NCBI GenBank assembly: GCA_030390025.1
Contig: CM059425.1
Location: forward strand, 171,246,001-171,310,000
Length of the DNA: 64,000 nucleotides
Reading direction: 5' to 3'
Source of the DNA: Squalus acanthias
Lineage: Eukaryota
This document shows, in pieces, positions 40,541-54,468 of the stretch. Made by a program: the position numbers and the translations under genes. The stretch's first letter is position 1, and every line of letters starts with the position of its first letter. Under the pieces are notes generated by a model. That model had not been told where the DNA came from. It searched no databases and was given only the letters and a program-made list of their open reading frames with translations.

Positions 40541-41779
40541 CATCTGAAAGTACACATGATACAGGAAGTGAACTTCATCTAAAATCAGAAATGTTGCAGT
40601 TTGTCAGTGTCTTTATGTGAGGTGACTGCCATTACAACTTGTTACAATCGAAGTAAAGTGCATCTACCAAAGTGTGGCAACCAAATACCATTTTCAGTGG
40701 AAAGTTCTGCTACTGGTTTAATGTACCAATGATCAATAAGTCTGCAGTAGAATCCCAGAAGAAAGCAGCATCATCTTTCTTTTAGATAAATATTTAGACT
40801 AAGTTAATCACTGGTTTGGATATATTAATTTGAAGTCTTTTAAATTTTAATGAGCATGGTTAAAATGCTATTGATAAAAGGCAGCAAGATCAAATTGTTA
40901 GGCGTCAGAGCTTGAACAGCACCTGGTTGCCACTTAAAACGGATTGAGACTCAAGCATAACATGAAAAGTTGTTCCCAATCCATGGAATTTGCTGTAAGT
41001 TACTGACATAGGTACAACAGCCCTAAAAACATTGCTTAGGCTTTCTTCTATCACATATAAAGTTAGAGCCTTTTCTATATGGAAGATGTTATGACGTTGA
41101 ATTTTATCTGGTCTTGACTCCGAGGTTATCAATAAACTTCTTCCGTTTATTTCATAAAATCTATTTGATCACAACATTTAGTACTTAACACTTTACATTA
41201 AGAACTTTTTGTAATATATCAGGAGGCTTTTTATCAATTTACTCACTTAATGCGCCTAGCCAGTACCAGCTATGGAGTATTTGTTACCTAGCACATAGAA
41301 GCTTTTCATTTTCAACCTGGTGTGGAAGCTTGTTTTCAATACAAGGGAGTTAGAAGGGTTAGGTGAAGAAATAATTGTTACACAGCCTTGAAAATGTCCT
41401 TGTTTAAAAGTATATATAGTAGCTCTGTAACAATAGGGCGCTGATGAAAGCAAATATGTATTACATAATATTTATAGCACAGGAACAGGCCATTTGGCCC
41501 AACAGGTCCATGCCGGTGTTTATGCTCCACGTGAGCCTCCTCCTACCCTTCTTCATCTAACCCCATCAACATATCCTTCTATTCCTTTCTCCCTCATGTG
41601 TTTATCTAGCTTCCCCTAAATGCATCTATGCTAGCCGCCTCAACTGGTAGTGGTAATGAGTTCCACATTCTATCCACTCTGGGTAAAGAAGTTTCTCCTG
41701 AATTCCCTATTGGTTTTATAGTGACTATCTTATATTTATGGCCCCTAGTTCTGGTCTCCCCCGCAAGTAGAAACATCTT

Positions 41780-42258
41780 TTTTTTAAATTATTTATTCGT
41801 TCATGGGATGTGGGCGTCGCTGGCAAGGCTGACATTTATTGCCCATCCCTAATTGCCCTCGAGAAGATGGTGGTGAGCCACCTTCTTGAATTGCTGCAGT
41901 CTGTGTGGTGAAGGTACTCCCATAGTGCTGACTTTGTCGTAGCGATTTGTTACAAATGAGTGGCTTGCTCAGCCATTTCAGAGGGCAGTTAAGAGTCAAC
42001 CACATTGCTGTGGGTTTGGAGTCACATATAGGCCAGACCGGGTAAAGGCGGCAGATTTCCTTCCCTAAAGGACATTAGTGAACCAAATGAGTTTTTACGA
42101 CAATCCGGTAGTTTCATGGTCACCATTACTGAGACTAGCTTTTATATTTAATTCAAATTTATTTAATTAACTGAATTTAAATTCCCCAGCTGCCGTGATG
42201 GGATTTGAATTCTGGATTACTAGTCCAGTAACATAACCACTACGCTACCGTACCCCTG
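41780..42258 (-). mobile_element. tRNA-derived SINE with LINE-derived tail
   Basis: Minus head ggtagcgtagtggtta...gaattcaaatccc; tail 41795-41930 matches LINE end 5256-5390; candidate TSD CATC(TT). Confidence 0.8.
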
Positions 42259-44028
42259 CATCTTCTCTAAGTCTACCCTGTCAAACGCTTTCAAAATATT
42301 AAAGATCTCTATCAGGTCACCCCCTCAGTCTTCTCTTTTCTGGAGAAAAGAGCCCCAGCCTGTTCAATCGTTTCCAATAGGTATAACCTCTCAGTTCTGG
42401 TAGCATTCTAGTAAATCTTTTTCTCACCTTCTCCAATGTCTCTATATCTTTTTTATAATATGGAGACCAGAACTGTTCACAGTACTCCAAGTGTGGTCTA
42501 ACCAAGGTTCTATACAAGTTCAACATAACTTCTCTGCTTTTCAATTCTATCCCTCTAGAAATGAACCCCAGTGCTTTATTTATGGCCTTATTAACCTGCG
42601 TCGCTACTTTTAGTGATTTGCGCATCTGTACTCCCAGATCCCTTTGCTCCTCTACCCCATTTAGACACTTATTTTCCAAGGAGTGTGTGGCCCCCTTATT
42701 CTTCCTACCAAAGTGTACCAGCTCAGACTTATTTACATTGAAGTTCATTTGCCAATTACACACCCATTCTGCAAGTTTATTAATGTCTTCCTGTATTTTG
42801 TCGCAGTCCTCCTCTGTATCAACTATACCTCATAATTTGGTGTCATCCGCAAATTTTGAAATTGTACTTCCTATTCCCGAGTTCAAATTGTTTATGTAAA
42901 TGGTGAACAACAGTGGTCTCAGCACTGATCCTTATGGAACACCACTTCCCACGTTTTGCCAGTCTGAGTAACTACCTTTAACCCCCTATCTCTGTTTTCT
43001 GTTTTGTAGCCAGTTTGCTATCCAGTCTGCTCCTTGTCCTCTGACTCCACATGTTCTGATCTTAGTCATGAGTCTGCTATGTGGTATCTTATCGAAGGTC
43101 TTTTGAAAATCCAAATACAGGGTATATTATGTCTACTGTATTACCCTTGTCTACCCTTTCTGTTACTTCTTCAAAGAATTCAATTATGTTGGTCATGCAT
43201 GACCTTCCCTTTTGATATCTGTGCTGATTACCCTATTATATTTTCAGTTTCTAGATGTTATTCTATTACATCTTTGAGTAAGGATTCTATTTTCTTTCCT
43301 ACCACCAAGGTTAAGCTAATTGGTCTATAGTTCCCTGGACTTGTTCTATCTCCCTTTTTAAATATAGGAAACACATTAGCTGTCTATAAATCCTCTGGCA
43401 CTATTCCCTTTTCTAATGAAGTTAGTCTCTTCCCTAACTTCTTTTAACATGCGCGGATGCAATCCATTCAGACCAGGGGTTTTATCCTCTCTAAGTTTGA
43501 TTAGTTTATCAATTATTGCCCCCATTTCTAGCTTAAATATTTTTATATCTTTTTTGCTCTCTTCTTCTAATGTCATGCCCACCCTGTTAGTCTCCCTGGT
43601 AAATACCGAGGCAAAATAATGATTTAATATTTCTACCATTTCGCTGTCATTACCTGTGAGTTTATCATCTGTGTACCTCAGTGGCCCTATCCTGATTCTT
43701 ATTTTTTTATTTATGTGTCTGAAGAATACGTCACTATTGCTTTTTATATTCCTTGATAATTTAATTTTGTACTTTCTCTTTGCCGACTTAATTGTTTTTT
43801 GACTTCTTTCCTAACCTTTCGTATTCCCTTTTGTCATCCTCTCCTTTGCTGTCTATGTACTTAGTGTTTGCCTTTTTCTTTCGTTTCAATTTTGCCCTTA
43901 TTTCTTTATTTATCCATGGTGTGTCATTACCATTTTAAATGTTTCCCAATGCTGTTCTATTTCTTTCTTTGTCAGTAAATTTTTCCAGTTTATTTTCCCG
44001 TGTTACATTCTCATCACTTTAAAATCAG

Positions 44029-44672
44029 GGGGGGAAAATTCGGTTGCTTTGCGCCTCCCGTTAGCGCCCTAAGAGGGTGCTAACGGGGCGCAAAGCAACT
44101 AGCGCCCGGGCGCGGCACCGCCAATGCCTCCTGCGAAATTCAGCGGGAGGTTAGCGGCAGCGGCAACCGTTAGCACCCCGCGGTGCTGTGCCACCGCCGA
44201 TGACGGCATTGCCGTGCGCAGAGCCCCGCTCACGATCATCGGTAGCGCCCCCTGACTCACCGCCGGACGCTATATCCAACGGGGCCAGGGGGGCCTACCT
44301 GCGGCTGGGGCGGCGCTATTTAAAGGCGAGGTACCGGGCGGCCTCCTGAGCACCCCCCCCCCCCCTGCCCCCCGCAGAATGCTGGCTGCGCTCCATGAGC
44401 CCGGCACTTCTCGAGTGCCGGGCTCTTTTGCCGGCACTCCGATCCCGGTGGCCCAGCTGGGCTCCGGGTCACGCTGCGCAAGGCCCCTCCCCTTTAAGAA
44501 GGGGAGGAAGGCCTGCAATACCACGGCGCGACATGCCGCAGCGCCACCTAGCGCCGCGATATTCCCTCGCAGCGCCCCAAGAGGGAGGCGGGGCGCTTCC
44601 AGTAGCGCCCCGCTTCCCTCTTGGGGCGCTACCACTCAATTTCGGCCGCGGGGGTGCTAATTTTTTCGGGGC
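44029..44672. mobile_element. GC-rich Harbinger-type MITE
   Basis: Starts GGGGGGAAAATT, has AATTTCGGCCGC near end, many AGCGCC/GGCGCT repeats. Confidence 0.75.
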
Positions 44673-46809
44673 GCTATTCCCTAGATGCTCCCCTACGCTT
44701 ACTTCTCTTATCTGTTCTGGTTCATTTCCCATTACTAGATCCAGCAGTGCTCCCTCTCTTGTTGGGCTGTTTGCATACTGGGTAAGAAAGGAGTCCTACA
44801 CACATTGTAAAAACTCCATTCCTTGTACCCCTTTCGCTACCTCTACCTGCCAGTTTATTTGAGGGTAGTTCAAATCTCCCACGAATATTATTCTATGTCC
44901 TTTACTCATTTCACATATTTGCTTACATATTTCTTCCTCCACCCCCTTTCCACTATTAGGTGGTCTGTAATATACCCCTATTAGTGTGATTGATCCCATT
45001 TTATCTTTTATTTCAATCCATATGGAATCTGTTTCTATCCTTTTAGTTATGTCCCTTTTTTCTACTGCCTTTATGTTATCTCTAATTAGTACAGCTACCA
45101 CCCCCTTCTTCCTTCCCTATCCTTTCTGATTATGTTATAACCTGAAATATTTAGTTGCCAGTCCTGTTCTTTATGTAGCCATGTTTCAGTTATTGCGACT
45201 ACATCTGGTACCTCGCTACGGATTATTGCCTCTAGTTCCTCCATTTTATTTTGGATGCTGTGTACATTGCTGTACAGGCAGTTTAATTCGTCTTTAATAG
45301 TTGTTCCTTTTACAATCCTTTTATACTACTGTTTTATAACTCTATATGTTCTCTGATCCGTTTATGTTATTTTTGTTCCTTACCTTGGTCTGACGTTTAC
45401 TCTCATCTCATATTTCTTTTATCTTCAGACATGATTCAGATCCCTCCCCGGTCTTACTAGTTTAAAGTCCTATTGACAGCCCTATGTAACAAGAAAGAAT
45501 TTGATCCTTGTTGTTGCTGAGAAAAACAAAGACTTGGAGACCTGATATGAGTAAATCTGTGCAGGTCAGTTTATTTAGGGGATGGAGAAGAATCTGAGTG
45601 GCAGATTATTATAATTTCTGGCACACATTTAACAGCAATGGAAAGATGTTTCATATATTTACAGTATAGTTCACATTCACACAAGTGTAAGTGACTCAAG
45701 AAAATTCCGGATGGTGTCCTTCAAAAGAGAAGTTTGAGGGTAGTTGCCCTTGTATGTTATATTGAGTGTAGGTTACTCTCTTGTCCTATTTTCTTGCCTT
45801 ACTAGCTCCACCAGTTTTCAAGAGGGTGGAGCGGGCTGACAGGTTTATTCCAAACCATGGCCAATGTTGCTCTTGGCCAGTAGGCAGGAGGCACCTATTG
45901 ACCACTCCCCATTTGTGTTTCACTCTTCTCTGAGGTTACATACCCAGTCCCTGCACTATGCCATGAAGCAGAGAGCCTGAAATGGAGAACTTGGTAGAGG
46001 GAAGAATCAAACCTACATTTCAAAAAACATCTGTGCTCACCATGGTGAGGAACGGTAGTGCTCGGGGTGGAACACATGTTTTCCACCAAATCTCAGTGTC
46101 ATCTGCTCCAAGGTCAGGTGCACCATAGCCAAGCTCAGTTTCAGTTTCCCACTTGTCATCTTTAAGATTGCCAATTTAATCCAAATTTTGCCAACCAGTA
46201 TGCAACTTTGTGTCAGGGATCACACCCCTCGGAACTGGAATCAAACTGGCCAAACTCATTTCACACAGGAGCCTTTCAGTCAGCCTTTCCTTGTAAAATA
46301 AAACCTCTTCCTTATATTCCTACTTCAATATATTTAAAGATCTACCAAATTGCTCTTAGAAACCAGAATCTTTATTGTATGAGGGATGCTGGAGATTAAA
46401 TACTGGAATCATGTTATATCCTCAATCAACGCTGGTACTACCACTGCTGTTATCCATTAATTACAATACAGTCTGCCCTGCTCTACATAACAATAACCCG
46501 ATACATGAAATTGCTATACTAATTTTAAGTTCTGGGAATTTTGGTGAAACATTAAACATATTTATCATAGCAATTCCTGATTGCGGCAGAACACAATTTC
46601 CATTCAGTGACTGGAAAATTTGAACCAACTATAATCAGCAAATATTAGACACAGAAAATGTCACTTGCCTCATGGTTGAGGAAATCTTGTGTACTGCCAC
46701 ACTGTGCCACAGACTAGTATGATGTGGGTTTATATGCACAATTTTCCACAAGTTTTCATTCCCATCCAGGTGATCGGGATGGTGCCTTGAGGAAGCCAAG
46801 TACTCCATC

Positions 46810-47395
46810 AGAGGGAAATTCACCCAAGACGCTAATCTACATGCTACTCCTCAGCATCATCCACAAGCATGAAGTCAGCTTTCACATGTCGGCTGACAAC
46901 TCTATCTCTGTCACTGTTGTTTTAGTCCTGGATGATTTGAAACTTCCAATAACCCACCATTACAAAGCAAAAGCCACCTAGTTCAATGTGTGCTGGCACC
47001 TATGTGTCTCCAACTCTGACACCCTCAACTTTCCTTGCTGCTAGTTCAGGTTGAACCCAGTGGTAAACACCCTGCCATTCCATTTGACCCTAAGCTCAGC
47101 TTTCATCCTCACACCTGGTCTGTCACAAAGATTGCCTTCTTCCATCGGTAATGTTCTTAACCACACGCAACTAAAATCCTCATCCACACCTCGAGGATTA
47201 ATAGCATAAATTATCTCATTGACAGCCTCCCCATCCCCACTTTTCACAACCTTCAACTAAGCAAAAATCTGCAGTCTGAGTCCGCTCCCTCTGAAAACCT
47301 CAACATCCATCACTTCCAACCTTACTGGCTTCCTGTGTCACAGCAATTTCAAAATTTTCATTTTCAAATTCAAATTTCTACAAGGTCTTGGTCCT
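46810..47395 (+). mobile_element. L2-type remnant
   Basis: LIYMLLLSIIHKHEVSFHMSADNS; decayed. Confidence 0.6.
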
Positions 47396-48005
47396 CCATT
47401 ACTCTGACCCTGGATTATTGCTCATCTCCCACTCCCTCTGTTACTCTGACCCTGGATTATTGCTCATCTCCCACTCCCTCCATTACTCTGACCCTGGATT
47501 ATTGCTCATCTCCCACTCCCTCCATTACTCTGACCCTGGATTATTGCTCATCTCCCACTCCCTCCATTACTCTGACCCTGGATTATTGCTCATCTCCCAC
47601 TCCCTCCATTACTCTGACCCTGGATTATTGCTCATCTCCCACTCCCTGTTACTCTGACCCTGGATTATTGCTCATCTCCCACTCCCTGTTACTCTGACCC
47701 TGGATTATTGCTCATCTCCCACTCCCTGTTACTCTGAACCTGGATTATTGCTCATCTCCCACTCCCTCTGTTACTCTGACCCTGGATTATTGCTCATCTC
47801 CCACTCCCTCTGTTACTCTGACCCTGGATTATTGCTCATCTCCCACTCCCTGTTACTCTGACCCTGGATTATTGCTCATCTCCCACTCCCTGTTACTCTG
47901 AACCTGGATTATTGCTCATCTCCCACTCCCTGTTACTCTGACCCTGGATTATTGCTCATCTCCCACTCCCTCTGTTACTCTGAACCTGGATTACTGCTCA
48001 TCTTC
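47396..48005. repeat. Minisatellite, about 15 copies of a 40-42 bp unit
   Basis: Unit ttactctgaccctggattattgctcatctcccactccct(cca/ctg/g). Confidence 0.97.
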
Positions 48006-48199
48006 CACGCCACTTGAGGAACATTAAAGAAGCACAAATTGGATTTCTCCAGCATTATTGGTCCTATCCTTAAATAAGGCTCCAGGAAATATTGGAATCA
48101 GCATTTGTATTACTGTGAATGAACATCATCAGTTATCAGGAGGGGGAAAAAGGGTGATGCATTTTCCCATTTTAACCTAACGTGAAAGCTTTTTAATAC

Positions 48200-49450
48200 C
48201 TGGGTCCAAACCATGCCTGCCTTTTGTAGGATATGTGGAACATTCTTTGTTCCAGTACAACTCAGGTCCCCATCCTCACCTCTTTTTCCGGTATATTGAT
48301 GACTGTGTCAGTGCCGTTTCCTGCTCTTGCCCCGAACTGGAAAATTTCATTCACTTTGCTTCCAATTTCCACCCTTCCCTCCACATGGTCCATCTCTGAC
48401 TCTTCCCTTCCTCGACTTCTCTGTCTCCGTTTCTGGGAATAGGCTATCGACCAATATTCACCATAAGCGCACTGTAAGGACTCTATACCTATCTCCCAGT
48501 TTCTCCGTCTCCATCACGTCTGTTCTGACGATGCCACCTTCCACACCAGTGCTTCCGATATGTCTTCCTTTTTCCTCAACCGAGGATTCTTCTCCACCGT
48601 GGTTGACAGGGCCCTCGACCGCGTCTGTTCCATTTCCTGCACTTCTGCCCTCACCCTTCCCCTCCCTCCCAGAACCACGATAGGGTTCCCCTTGTCCTCA
48701 CCTTCCACCCCACCAGCCTCCACATTCAACGGATAATTTCTGCCACCTCCAGCCTGACCCCACCACCAAACATATCATCACCTCCCCTCCCCTTTCAGCA
48801 TTCCGAAGGGACCGTTCCCTCCGTGACACCCTGGTCCACTCCTCAATCACCACCAACACCCTCTCCCTTTCCCACGGCACCTTCTTGTGCAAGCGCAGGA
48901 GATACAACACCTACCCTTTTACTTCCTCCTTTCCCACCGTCCAGGTCCCCAAATACTCCTTCCAGGTGAAACAGCGATTTACTTGTACTCCTCTACATTG
49001 GGGAGGCCAAATGTAGATTGGGTGACCGCTTTGTGGAACACCTCCGTTCAGTCTGCAAATGTGACCCTGAGCTTCCGGTTGCCTTTCACTTTAATTCTCG
49101 GCTCCACTCCCACCCTGACCCCTCTGTCTTCATCTTCCTACACTGTTCCAACCAAGCTCAATGTAAGCTCGAGTAACAGCACCTCATCTTTCGATTAGGC
49201 ACTTTACAGCCTTCTGGACTCAACATTGAGTTCAACAACTTCAGACCATAACCTCTGCCCCCATTTATTTTGGATGGTAGCTGTTGATGATTCTGCTTTT
49301 CCCATTTACACCTCTTACAGACCCATCTTTTGTTCCTTTATTTGTCCCATTACCATCTCCTTTTGCCTCGCATCATCATCATTCCTTTTGTCTTTTAATC
49401 TCTCCTGCCTTCCACCCTATCACAGATCTTCCCTTTGTTCTTTCCCCCCC
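48200..49450 (+). mobile_element. Penelope-like element remnant (RT + GIY-YIG)
   Basis: FFRYIDDC near 48280-48306; YIGEAKCRLGDRFVEHLRSV near 48995-49053; 3' part homologous to 14680-15130. Confidence 0.85.
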
Positions 49451-52400
49451 AAGCTGCTGTTTTCACTGCTTCGGGTGGACATACTGCAAGCCAAAGAATA
49501 CATTTTGCCCACAAATTGCTCATTCTTTTGCTCTGTTGCCTCGACTGCACAACGCCTGACCCGTCAGGCATCCAGCCATTGTTTCTGGGTTGCTGATTGC
49601 CTTAAGCCCCTTCTTACTCTGTGCAATTAGTCTAATTTGTCAGAGAAAGCTTCATTAATCCCCCAAGGATTCAAAGCAATAATGTGGCAACTTTCACACT
49701 GCGAACAGTTTGGAAATAATCACTTGCAATTTATTTGAAAAGTGCTGTTTCCCCTTTTCCAAATAACTGTTATGTTTAAAGTTATAGTTTAATTTCAAAT
49801 TCAATAAAAACAAATCACTGCCATAAAATGCTACCTTAAGAACTGAGATGCAGTCAATACTTTTATGTTGTCAAATGTTCCCGTCTCTCTAAAAGCTCCC
49901 ACATTTTACAGTAAACCTATATAGATAGATACAGGAAGAAAACTACAGCGAGAATGAGGGAGGAATGAGATAGGTGTGCCCTGATATCCTATAAATAAAC
50001 TAAAGCAATTTTAAAACTGGGATCCAAGAAGGTGCATGAAACAGAACAGGCCGAACATTTATGGGGTATCACCAGATGTCATCAAACTAGCAATTTTCAA
50101 AACATGGAAATGACCTGTGGGGTAATGTCACCAGCCTCAACCAAGATTGACTTTTGTATTTTCTTACTATTTAGCATACTAGCATAACAATAATGCTCAT
50201 ACAACACAATGGAGTCATACAACACTACTATAATACAATCCATATTTTTCATTCTTGTAGGTATCCAGGAGGAAACACAAGCAATGTACCCGTGAAATAC
50301 AGGGGGAAAACAGCACGCTGGAGGGGTTATTCCTCTTCGAAAGAAAACGGAAAGATTACCGCACTTCTCTTGAATTAACAACCTGCCAACTTAAGCATGA
50401 GAACATAGGGCTTTGAAACGTGTGATTCCCGATAACCTGATTTTGTTGGTGGGCCATTAAGTATGGATAAAAACAGACATTCTCCTGATTTCTAATAAAA
50501 GAGGAATCTCACGCACATATACTAAAAGAGAAGTTTGTACATGATTTGAAAACATTATACCTCAGAAATAAACCTATCATAACACTGTTGTCGACAGTGA
50601 GCAGATTATAAAGCATTCCAACATTTATTTTTCTGTGTCAGAGGTCTGCATTTACAAGGCAGTAATCAATGGGTTGAAATTACATCAGACAACTTTCTGA
50701 TGCAAAGCCCAAACTTTCCATTTTATTGCTGTCTTGGAATAAACTTCAGAGCATGTTGCTCTGTAGCATATATAGGATGAGGGGTGGAAGGAAAGGACTT
50801 TTGCTTTTGTTACCTGGCCGATAGGCTTGTCACCACGGATGGTGATAAATGCTGACAGACTGCAGCCTCCCTCGATCAAATCGGATTATGATTTCCCGAA
50901 CGTTTATACTATACCCGAACATTTATACCAAAGCAAAGGATCAAATATAGTGATACTGGGATTTATCTTACAGCCTGATATGGGGGAATATCATCATTTC
51001 TATATAATTATTAGTGTATATAAAAAGACTTTATTCTTCAGTGCTGACATTTACCATCCAGGATGTGAAGAGTGACATTTGCTTTAAACGTTTTTTTCTA
51101 AGATGGTTACGCTGATGAGCTGAGATGGGGAAAAAAAAGGTCATGGCAACACTAATTTGATTAATAATGAATTCTTTTGATGATTTTTTATGGTTTGATC
51201 AATCCATTCTTCTTCCATTGTGGCATTCCTGCCTGGAGGCAAGTGATATTCAATGGAGTCATACAAGTGTGTGGTTTCGCCTGGCCTTGAAAATGCTCTG
51301 ATCTTTTACAGACAAGACCGTTAACAACTCTGCAATTCTGATTTATGTGTACTGCAAATAATTCAAACCGAGCAGAGACTCTGACACAAAAAATAAAATG
51401 GAAAAACTGAAGAAATCCTAATAAAGACTTTTTTAAGCACATACAAGGCCAAAAGCTTAAAAAATGATTTTCAGTATTAACCCTTGTCTAGTGAAACTAG
51501 AAAAGATCAGCTGATGTCAGTCAAACACAAAATCATTGTTTCTTCCACATCCCTTAATTCCTCCATTGACTTCTGCTTCATTTCACAATGTACCTCCTCC
51601 CCCAATTAGCTTTACTAGGGAAGATACAACACCCTACCTGTCACTGCCTCCCAAAGTCAAGGTCAATTGGTCTACTGTGGTTATTTAACCTCATCAAAAT
51701 GTATCCCACACAAACACGAACACAGACACACATCTTTCTCCCTTCTATATAAATTTCCTTCTAAACCTTACTGCATACGGATTCCTACTGTATATTCAAA
51801 TAGGTCTTTCGATTTTCACCAGGCTGTTAACCATTATTAAATTATTTCATGTCTTCATTTATTAATCATTCCTTTTATAACTGCTATCTATCATCCCACA
51901 GTCATAATAATTCCTGGCCAGGCTCCTGAGCCTGGTTGAAATTCTAAGGTTAGAACATCAGAAAACATAGAATGAGAACAGGCCATTTGGCCCAATATGC
52001 GTATATGTACTACTTTATTCAGTCTACTTTATCATGGACTCTATCACACTGATTTATTACCCTGAGGGAAAGTTCGACTGACCTTCAAAGGTAATCAAGC
52101 AAAATTCCAGGCCATCTAACCTGTTGTACATCTCCATAATTGAACCCTAGCCAGCTGCTTGCCACACATGATATTTCCTTGGCTCCAGCAACACAGGAAC
52201 AATCGTGTCTATAAGTATTTCATTGGGCCATAATTTGCGGTCAGCAGCGAAGCAAAAGCGTTTGCCGCTGGCCCCGAAGAAAGCTTCCCACAAAGATTTT
52301 GCGATCTCTATGGCGAGAAGTTTGCCTTTTTCGACGTGCAATTGAGATCAGTGTAGTGTAGTGTAGTGGGAATCCCATAGCGCGAGCTGCTGTGACATCA

Positions 52401-52624
52401 ACAAGCTGTCTAAGCAATTCACAATGCAGAATTCTCACAGAGAGGGAAACAGGAAGTGAAGAAGCTCCTTTTATTCTGACTTTTTAAAAATGTTACAGAG
52501 AGCAAAACAAAGATTGGGGCTCTCATAGGGAAAAGGTAAACCTGAAATAAATATGAACAAACTTTAAAAAAATATAATTATAATGGATAAATTTGATACT
52601 CTGCAAAATTAAAGTTAATTTTTC

Positions 52625-54468
52625 ATAAGAACATAAGAAACAGGAGCAGAGTAGGCCAACTGGCCCCTCGAGCCTGCTCCGCCATTCAATAAGATCATGG
52701 CTGATCCAATCTTGTCCTCAACACCACTTTTCCGCCCTCTCCCCATACCCCTTGACTCCCTTGTAGTTCAAATGTCTGTCAATCTCCGCCTTGAATATAT
52801 TCAGTGACTCCGCCTCCACAGCTCTCTGGGGTAGAGAATTCCAAAGATTCACGACCCTCAGAGAGAAGAAATTCCTTCTCATCTCCATCTTAAATGGGCG
52901 ACCCCTTATTCTGAAACTATGCCCCCTAGTTCTAGATAGCCCCACTAGGGGAAACATCCTCTCAGCATCCACCCTGTCAATCCCCCTCAGAATCTTGTAT
53001 GTTTCAATAAGATCACCTCTCATTCTTCTAAACTCCAATGAGTATAGGCCTAACCTGCTCAACCTTTCATCATACATCAACCCCTTCATCCCAGGAATCA
53101 ACCTAGTGAACCTTCTCTACACTGCCTCCAATGCAAGTATATCCTTCCTTAAAATATGGAGACCACAACTGTACGCAGTACTCCAGGTGTGGTCTCACCA
53201 GCACCCTGTAAAGTTGCATCAAAACTTCCCTACTTTTATACTCCATACCCCTTGCAATAAAGGCCAACGTCCCATTAGCCTTCCTAATTACTTGCTGTAC
53301 CTGCATGCTAAGTTTTTGTGTTTCTTGTACTAGGACCCCCAGATCCCTTTGTAGCGCAGCATTTTGTAGTCTCACTCCATTTAAATAATAATTTGTTTTT
53401 TCATTCTTCCTTCCAAAGTGGATAACCTCACATTTTCCCACATTGTACTCCATCTGCCATTTTTTTGCCCACTCACTTAACCTATCTATATCACTTTCAG
53501 ACTCTTTGGGCTCGATTTTGCCAGGCCCGAGGAGGCGGGAATGGAGGCGTGTGGGGTGTTAAAATTGCAAAAAATGGCGGGCGGGCCCGACCCCACCTCC
53601 ATTCCACCTCCGAGCAATTTTCCCAAATGCGTGGTTTCTGATCCCGTCTCCGTCCCGCCTCAAAGAGGCGGGATAGGCCCTTAACAACCACTTAATTGCC
53701 TCTATAATCCCATTTTGAGAGGCCTTTCTGATTTTAACACTTTTCTGACGTGATGCACGCCTCCTCTGAAACACGACGGTGAAACCTGGCGGTAGCACAC
53801 TTGGATTGCTGACTATCAGCTGCAGCTCCACCATTAAGAAGGAGATTTGATGAATCATTATTCTGCAGGGAGGTGGTGGTGGCGGTGAAGAAAAATAAAT
53901 CTGGGAGCAGACTTAGGTCTCCTGCTGCTCATTTTGCCTCCAGGTCCCTCTCACAGCAAAGGCCAAAAGGTTGGCAGTCTTTGCAGACCTTAATTGGGTC
54001 ATGGGTTCCCACATGCTGGAACTCAATTGCCCAATTAGGGGAAAATCGAATAATTCTCCCACATCCAATTGCAGTCGGGTGGCAAACACGAAAAGCGGAT
54101 GACACGACCCCAGCCCGCCCCATGACAAAATCGAGCCCTTTGTGTCCTCCTCACAACTTGCTAACCCATCTATCTTTGTATCATCAGCAAATTTGGCTAC
54201 AGTACACTTGGTCCCTTCATCCAAGTCATTAATATAGATTGTAAATAGTTGAGCTCCCAGCACTGATCCCTGTGGCACCCCACTAGTTACTGGTTGCCAA
54301 CCGGAAAATGACCCATTTATCCCGACTCTCTGTTTTCTGTTAGTTAGCCAATCCCCTATCCATGCCAAAATATTACCCCCAGCCCCATGCGCTCTTATCT
54401 TGTGCAGTAACCTTTTATGTGGCACCTTATCAAATGCCTTCTGGAAATCCAAATATACTACATCCACA
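52625..54468 (-). mobile_element. 5'-truncated CR1 split by a MITE
   Basis: ORFs 53913-54467, 53103-53453, 52718-53101; tail cataagaacataag. Confidence 0.95.
53508..54138. mobile_element. Harbinger-type MITE in CR1 RT
   Basis: TIR GGGCTCGATTTTG / CAAAATCGAGCCC, TSD TTT; removal restores EEDTKSL. Confidence 0.9.

Larger units (their letters stand above)
41455..45480 (-). mobile_element. Long degenerate CR1 (endonuclease to tail) with SINE and MITE insertions
   Basis: [36 protein letters not shown] in ORFs 42317-45101. Confidence 0.9.

Noticed and set aside
44270..44862. Overlapping GC-rich ORFs
   Set aside because: Lie inside a MITE; high GC suppresses stop codons
47335..47697. Repetitive ORFs (ITLTLDYCSSPTPS)n; CRISPR-like appearance
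   Set aside because: Translation of a minisatellite; no unique spacers and no cas genes
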